In this document: positions 38,136 through 41,634 of the stretch, piece by piece | Numbering within the stretch: the stretch's first letter is position 1 | Layout: every line of letters begins with the position of its first letter | DNA from: Coniocarpon cinnabarinum | Lineage: Eukaryota | Direction: 5' to 3' | NCBI GenBank assembly: GCA_051942205.1 | Contig: JAVECO010000193.1 | Location: 1-41,634 of the forward strand | DNA length: 41,634 nucleotides | Notes under the pieces: model-generated | What the model saw: the letters and a program-made list of their open reading frames with translations, nothing else | Told to the model about the DNA's origin: nothing | The model's database searches: none | Program-made: the position numbers and the translations under genes

Positions 38136-38701
38136 AGTTAAAGATTTAAGCGCGTCTTAAAACTAGAGGTGTTTGCTAGCAAACACTTTCCTATTAGGCT
38201 AGTCTTAACAAAATGTGAGTCGGTAGCGTATAGGCAAAGCATTTTGTATGACGTGCATACCGTCGAGAGAAAGTCGGAAACGAGAAAGAATCCAGCTGTT
38301 GCGCGACATGAAACAAGTTGGACCATAGACTTAGCATTTTTACAGCTTGAGCGTAGTCAGATGCGTTCCACAGGAGTACAAGACGTGTGGACGATGACAT
38401 GAGCGGCATGACTGCGCCACAAAGATTGCTAGTGTAGTTTCAATTGCATAGAATTACGCAGACATCGTCGGAACACCTTACATCCCATTCTTAAGCAGTC
38501 ATACTGCCTCATTACTTCCTTCAGAACACACGCATCCATCAACTCCCAAAGCTTTCTGTCGTTGATGCTAGAAGGACCTCTTATCTCCCACGGTCTCTAG
38601 TCTTAGTTCTTAGTTCCGTTGCTAGCTCGCTCATATTGAACATTTGTGACCTCTCTATGAACACAGCATCAACGTTTGATTCGTAGAAAGCGAATTCTGC
38701 T

Positions 38702-39397
38702 ATGAATCCGAGAGGGGAATTGGAAAGAAGCGGCATTGCTGGGAGATCACCTCTATCCTGTGCAATACACGCGCAGCGCGATAGTGCTGCCCTGTGTTTG
38801 GAAACCTTTGAAAAGGAAGTGCAGAAAAGCCTCGGGCAGTTTCAGACCCAGCATCAAGGCCTCCACCCACCCTCGACAGATGATTACCTCACTGTGGCGT
38901 TATTTAAAATACGAATGTATCGGCAGGTCCCGAGAGACTACGGAAAGCGATGTGTGCGCCGTTCAAGAAAGTATAGGCGAGGCCAAGGACATAAGTCAAA
39001 AATGCCGAACGAATACAATGCCTATGCATTCGATGTCAAGCCGCCGTCGACAGCTACACACGAGCTTTTGGCTGCGGCGAAATCCTGCCCAGATCTCACA
39101 CCAATGGAAAAGACAGCGCGCTCAAACGTAGTGGATATCGACTTCGCCAAGTATTTCCATGAAAGTGAGCGGATTGTAGCACATAGGCTGAACTTCAATC
39201 TAGCACGTTTTCTCTTGATCAGGAGGCAGCTCTTTACGGCTTATAATGCTTCGATGAACGAGAACTCTAAGTGGAATAAGACCGCCGCACAAAGATGTAG
39301 CAATACAGACGTGGACAAAATAAGCCATGTTTTTACATTCTACAATCGAATCGGCTGGTTCCAGCGTAGTAGCATAGAGAGAATTGTTACATGTTAA
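38702..39397 (+). CDS. Hypothetical protein (231 aa), probably 3'-truncated by RIP
   Basis: Long ATG-initiated ORF in a GC-balanced island; its stop coincides with the start of RIP-degraded sequence. Confidence 0.55.
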   Translation: MNPRGELERSGIAGRSPLSCAIHAQRDSAALCLETFEKEVQKSLGQFQTQHQGLHPPSTDDYLTVALFKIRMYRQVPRDYGKRCVRRSRKYRRGQGHKSKMPNEYNAYAFDVKPPSTATHELLAAAKSCPDLTPMEKTARSNVVDIDFAKYFHESERIVAHRLNFNLARFLLIRRQLFTAYNASMNENSKWNKTAAQRCSNTDVDKISHVFTFYNRIGWFQRSSIERIVTC

Positions 39398-39910
39398 GAC
39401 TTAGACAAGAACGTCGATTAACTAAACTACTATAGATCATAGAAGAATAAGTTTAAAAAAGTATTATAAACAAACATTTTTTAATCTTTCTCAAATATAT
39501 TAAAGCTATATTTTTACTTATATTTATTAGAATATATCTTCTTATTTATTAGCTACTATTATAATTTATATAGTAGCTTATAATAATCTTTAAGCTCTAA
39601 TCTTTAGACTATTATTTAAATAAAAGAGATTACTTAAATATCTTAATTAAATTTAAAATAAAAATTTTTTAAATATTTATTTAATAAGTACTATAAAGTA
39701 ACAAATACTTCTAGCTATTTAATAGTAGTTATTAAACTTATAATTTTAATTTTCTAAAGAGCTTATAGAATAACTAGTCTAAATATAGTATATTATAAAA
39801 ATAGAGTATAATTAGCTTAATAGTAGAAAGATATAAAATCTAGAAATCTATCGAACTATAAAAAAGATAAGTATAGATAAGCTAAAGTATTTATAATAAG
39901 CCTTTATTAC

Positions 39911-40099
39911 TATAAGAATCACGACCTTTGAGCTCTCATTGCTGCTAGCTAAGGTCGGCCTAACTACAAAGGACGTTGCATAGAGAAGAAGGAAGCTTCT
40001 CTGCAACGAGTCTATCTCAAATAATTGTGTGCTAAGCCCTTAGGGTTGTATACCCTATCGCATCACGTGATCCCTTGCATCCAGATCTGAATTCTTACA
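39911..40099 (-). repeat. LTR family A copy, inverted
   Basis: Reverse complement of tgtaagaattcagatctggatgc...; the least RIP-affected copy. Confidence 0.95.
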
Positions 40100-40447
40100 A
40101 TAAAGAGCCTAATTAATAGGATACTCTACCTTATAATTAGAAAGGTAGTAAATATTAGCTATATACTTTAAAAACTAATTATAGTACTATAAGAACTCTT
40201 ATATACTATATTAATATAGAGGGCTAAGCTTAAATAGTAAAGAACTCGCAGTATAGTAACGTAAACCATTTACACCCTAGTATAAGTATACCTATAAGAT
40301 ACACGTTGCTTAATAATCTAAAAATTCGTATAGGTTACCTACCGCTAGACGCAAGGAATAAGTATAATATTATTTTATAAAGAAAGTCCTTTTTAATAAG
40401 AATAGCGATAGTTAAGATATAAAGTAGGTAAAGAATATAATAATATA

Positions 40448-40753
40448 GGAAAGTTAAGAGTAAGAATCGTCAACTACATAGGATAATCAATAGAATTGTA
40501 AAAGCTATAGAACAACTATCTACTAGAGCGAAGGCTACCTATTTGTATTTAGAGCAGGTTGTTGTGCGTAGCAAAGGCGCAGAGCGTTGCGTGCTGCCTA
40601 TACCTCTATGTTTGTCTTAGTATTAGGTTTCGATAATTGTTAACAAACCTTGTAAAAGGCGTAGCGGCGCAACTAGTTAGGTGATTATGTTAATAGCTTC
40701 TAAATAGGGAAATGGTAGAGAGGACAAAGGCGCTGTAAGGCGGAGCCGTAATA
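40448..40753 (-). repeat. Repeat family D copy (LTR-like start tattacggctccg on the minus strand)
   Basis: Homologous to 9381-9871 and less RIP-degraded. Confidence 0.65.
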
Positions 40754-41129
40754 GTATACTTAACTAAAGTTTAGTATTATTAAACTAATATAAAAGATTA
40801 TTAGTATTAGTATTAGTTTAAAATATAATTACTAAATTAAAGCTTAGTATTATGAAACTAATATACTAGAGATTAGTATAAATTTTAGTAGAAAAGATTA
40901 CTACTAAGCTTAATTAATAGAAAGCTCTATTATAGTCTAATAACTTTCTTATTCCTACTCTATAGCTATAGTAAAGTCTAAAGTATTAGTATTTCTTACT
41001 AGTTAATTTAGAAATAGTGTAGCTTTAAGTTAATCTCTTTTTAAATAAACTTAAAAGCTAATATTAGTAAATACTAAATTAATAATAGACTCTAGAATAA
41101 AATCTATTACTAAGATATAAAATAGTAAT

Positions 41130-41318
41130 TATAAGAATTTAGATCTGGATGCAAGGGATCACGTGATGCGATAGGGTATACAACCCTAAGGGCTTAGCAC
41201 ACAATCATTTAAGATAGACTTATTGTAGAGAAGCTTCCTTCTTCTCTATATAACGTCCTTTATAGTTAGGCTAACCTTAGCTAGTAGTAATAAAAGCTTA
41301 AAAGTTGCGATTCTTATA
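41130..41318 (+). repeat. LTR family A copy
   Basis: tataagaatttagatctggatgc...ttcttata. Confidence 0.95.
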
Positions 41319-41371
41319 TTATATTGCCTCTACCCTTCTACTGCTCTAAGTAAGCGTAAACTGCTTAACTT

Positions 41372-41444
41372 CTAGTCTAGTCTAGCTCCTAGTCTAGTCT
41401 AGCTCCTAGTCTAGTCTAGTCCCTAGTCTAGTCTAGTCTCTAGT
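41372..41444. repeat. 17-bp tandem repeat, 4 copies (ctagtctagtctagNNY)
   Basis: Directly visible; CTAG richness is consistent with RIP. Confidence 0.9.
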
Positions 41445-41634
41445 TATTAGAGTATCCGCTAAGATAGCTCCTTACTAAGAGTTACCCTCTAGCAGCTAGT
41501 AGACCGCCGCTTAGCTAAACGATCCCTAGAACTTCTAGTACGTAGTTACTATTAATTCTAATTAAGTTTTTTAAATACTCTAGTAATCCTAGTAACCTCT
41601 AGCTTAAGTCCTAGTTTAATAGCTAGTATTAGGT

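Noticed and set aside
41372..41444. CRISPR-like or telomeric array
   Set aside because: Simple tandem repeat without spacers in eukaryotic DNA; not TTAGGG.
1..41634. tRNA, 5S or other rRNA genes
   Set aside because: None recognised by eye; a covariance-model scan would be needed to exclude them.

Overview
Fungal (Pezizomycotina-type ascomycete) repeat-rich accessory region, with spliceosomal introns and strong RIP signatures (TpA excess; repeat copies differ mostly by C>T/G>A). Positions 1-17.2 kb are a nest of three RIP-inactivated chromodomain-bearing Ty3/Gypsy retrotransposons, one with both LTRs, plus solo LTRs. Positions 17.5-36 kb form a GC-balanced island of relics: a probable degenerate Starship captain, Tc1 and Fot1/pogo transposases, solo LTRs and a SET-domain pseudogene. 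The island also holds a tail-to-tail pair of an intact kinase-like ORF and a PD-(D/E)xK-like nuclease gene. Positions 36-41.6 kb are RIP-degraded again and contain solo LTRs, a gene cut by a RIP boundary and a probable LTR-mediated inversion. The main signal is that two different Gypsy families each carry an antisense, intron-containing gene between pol and the 3' LTR, encoding a Zn(II)2Cys6-spaced cluster plus a coiled coil; it is only visible after reversing RIP changes by hand. All calls come from manual reading and translation; no searches were run.
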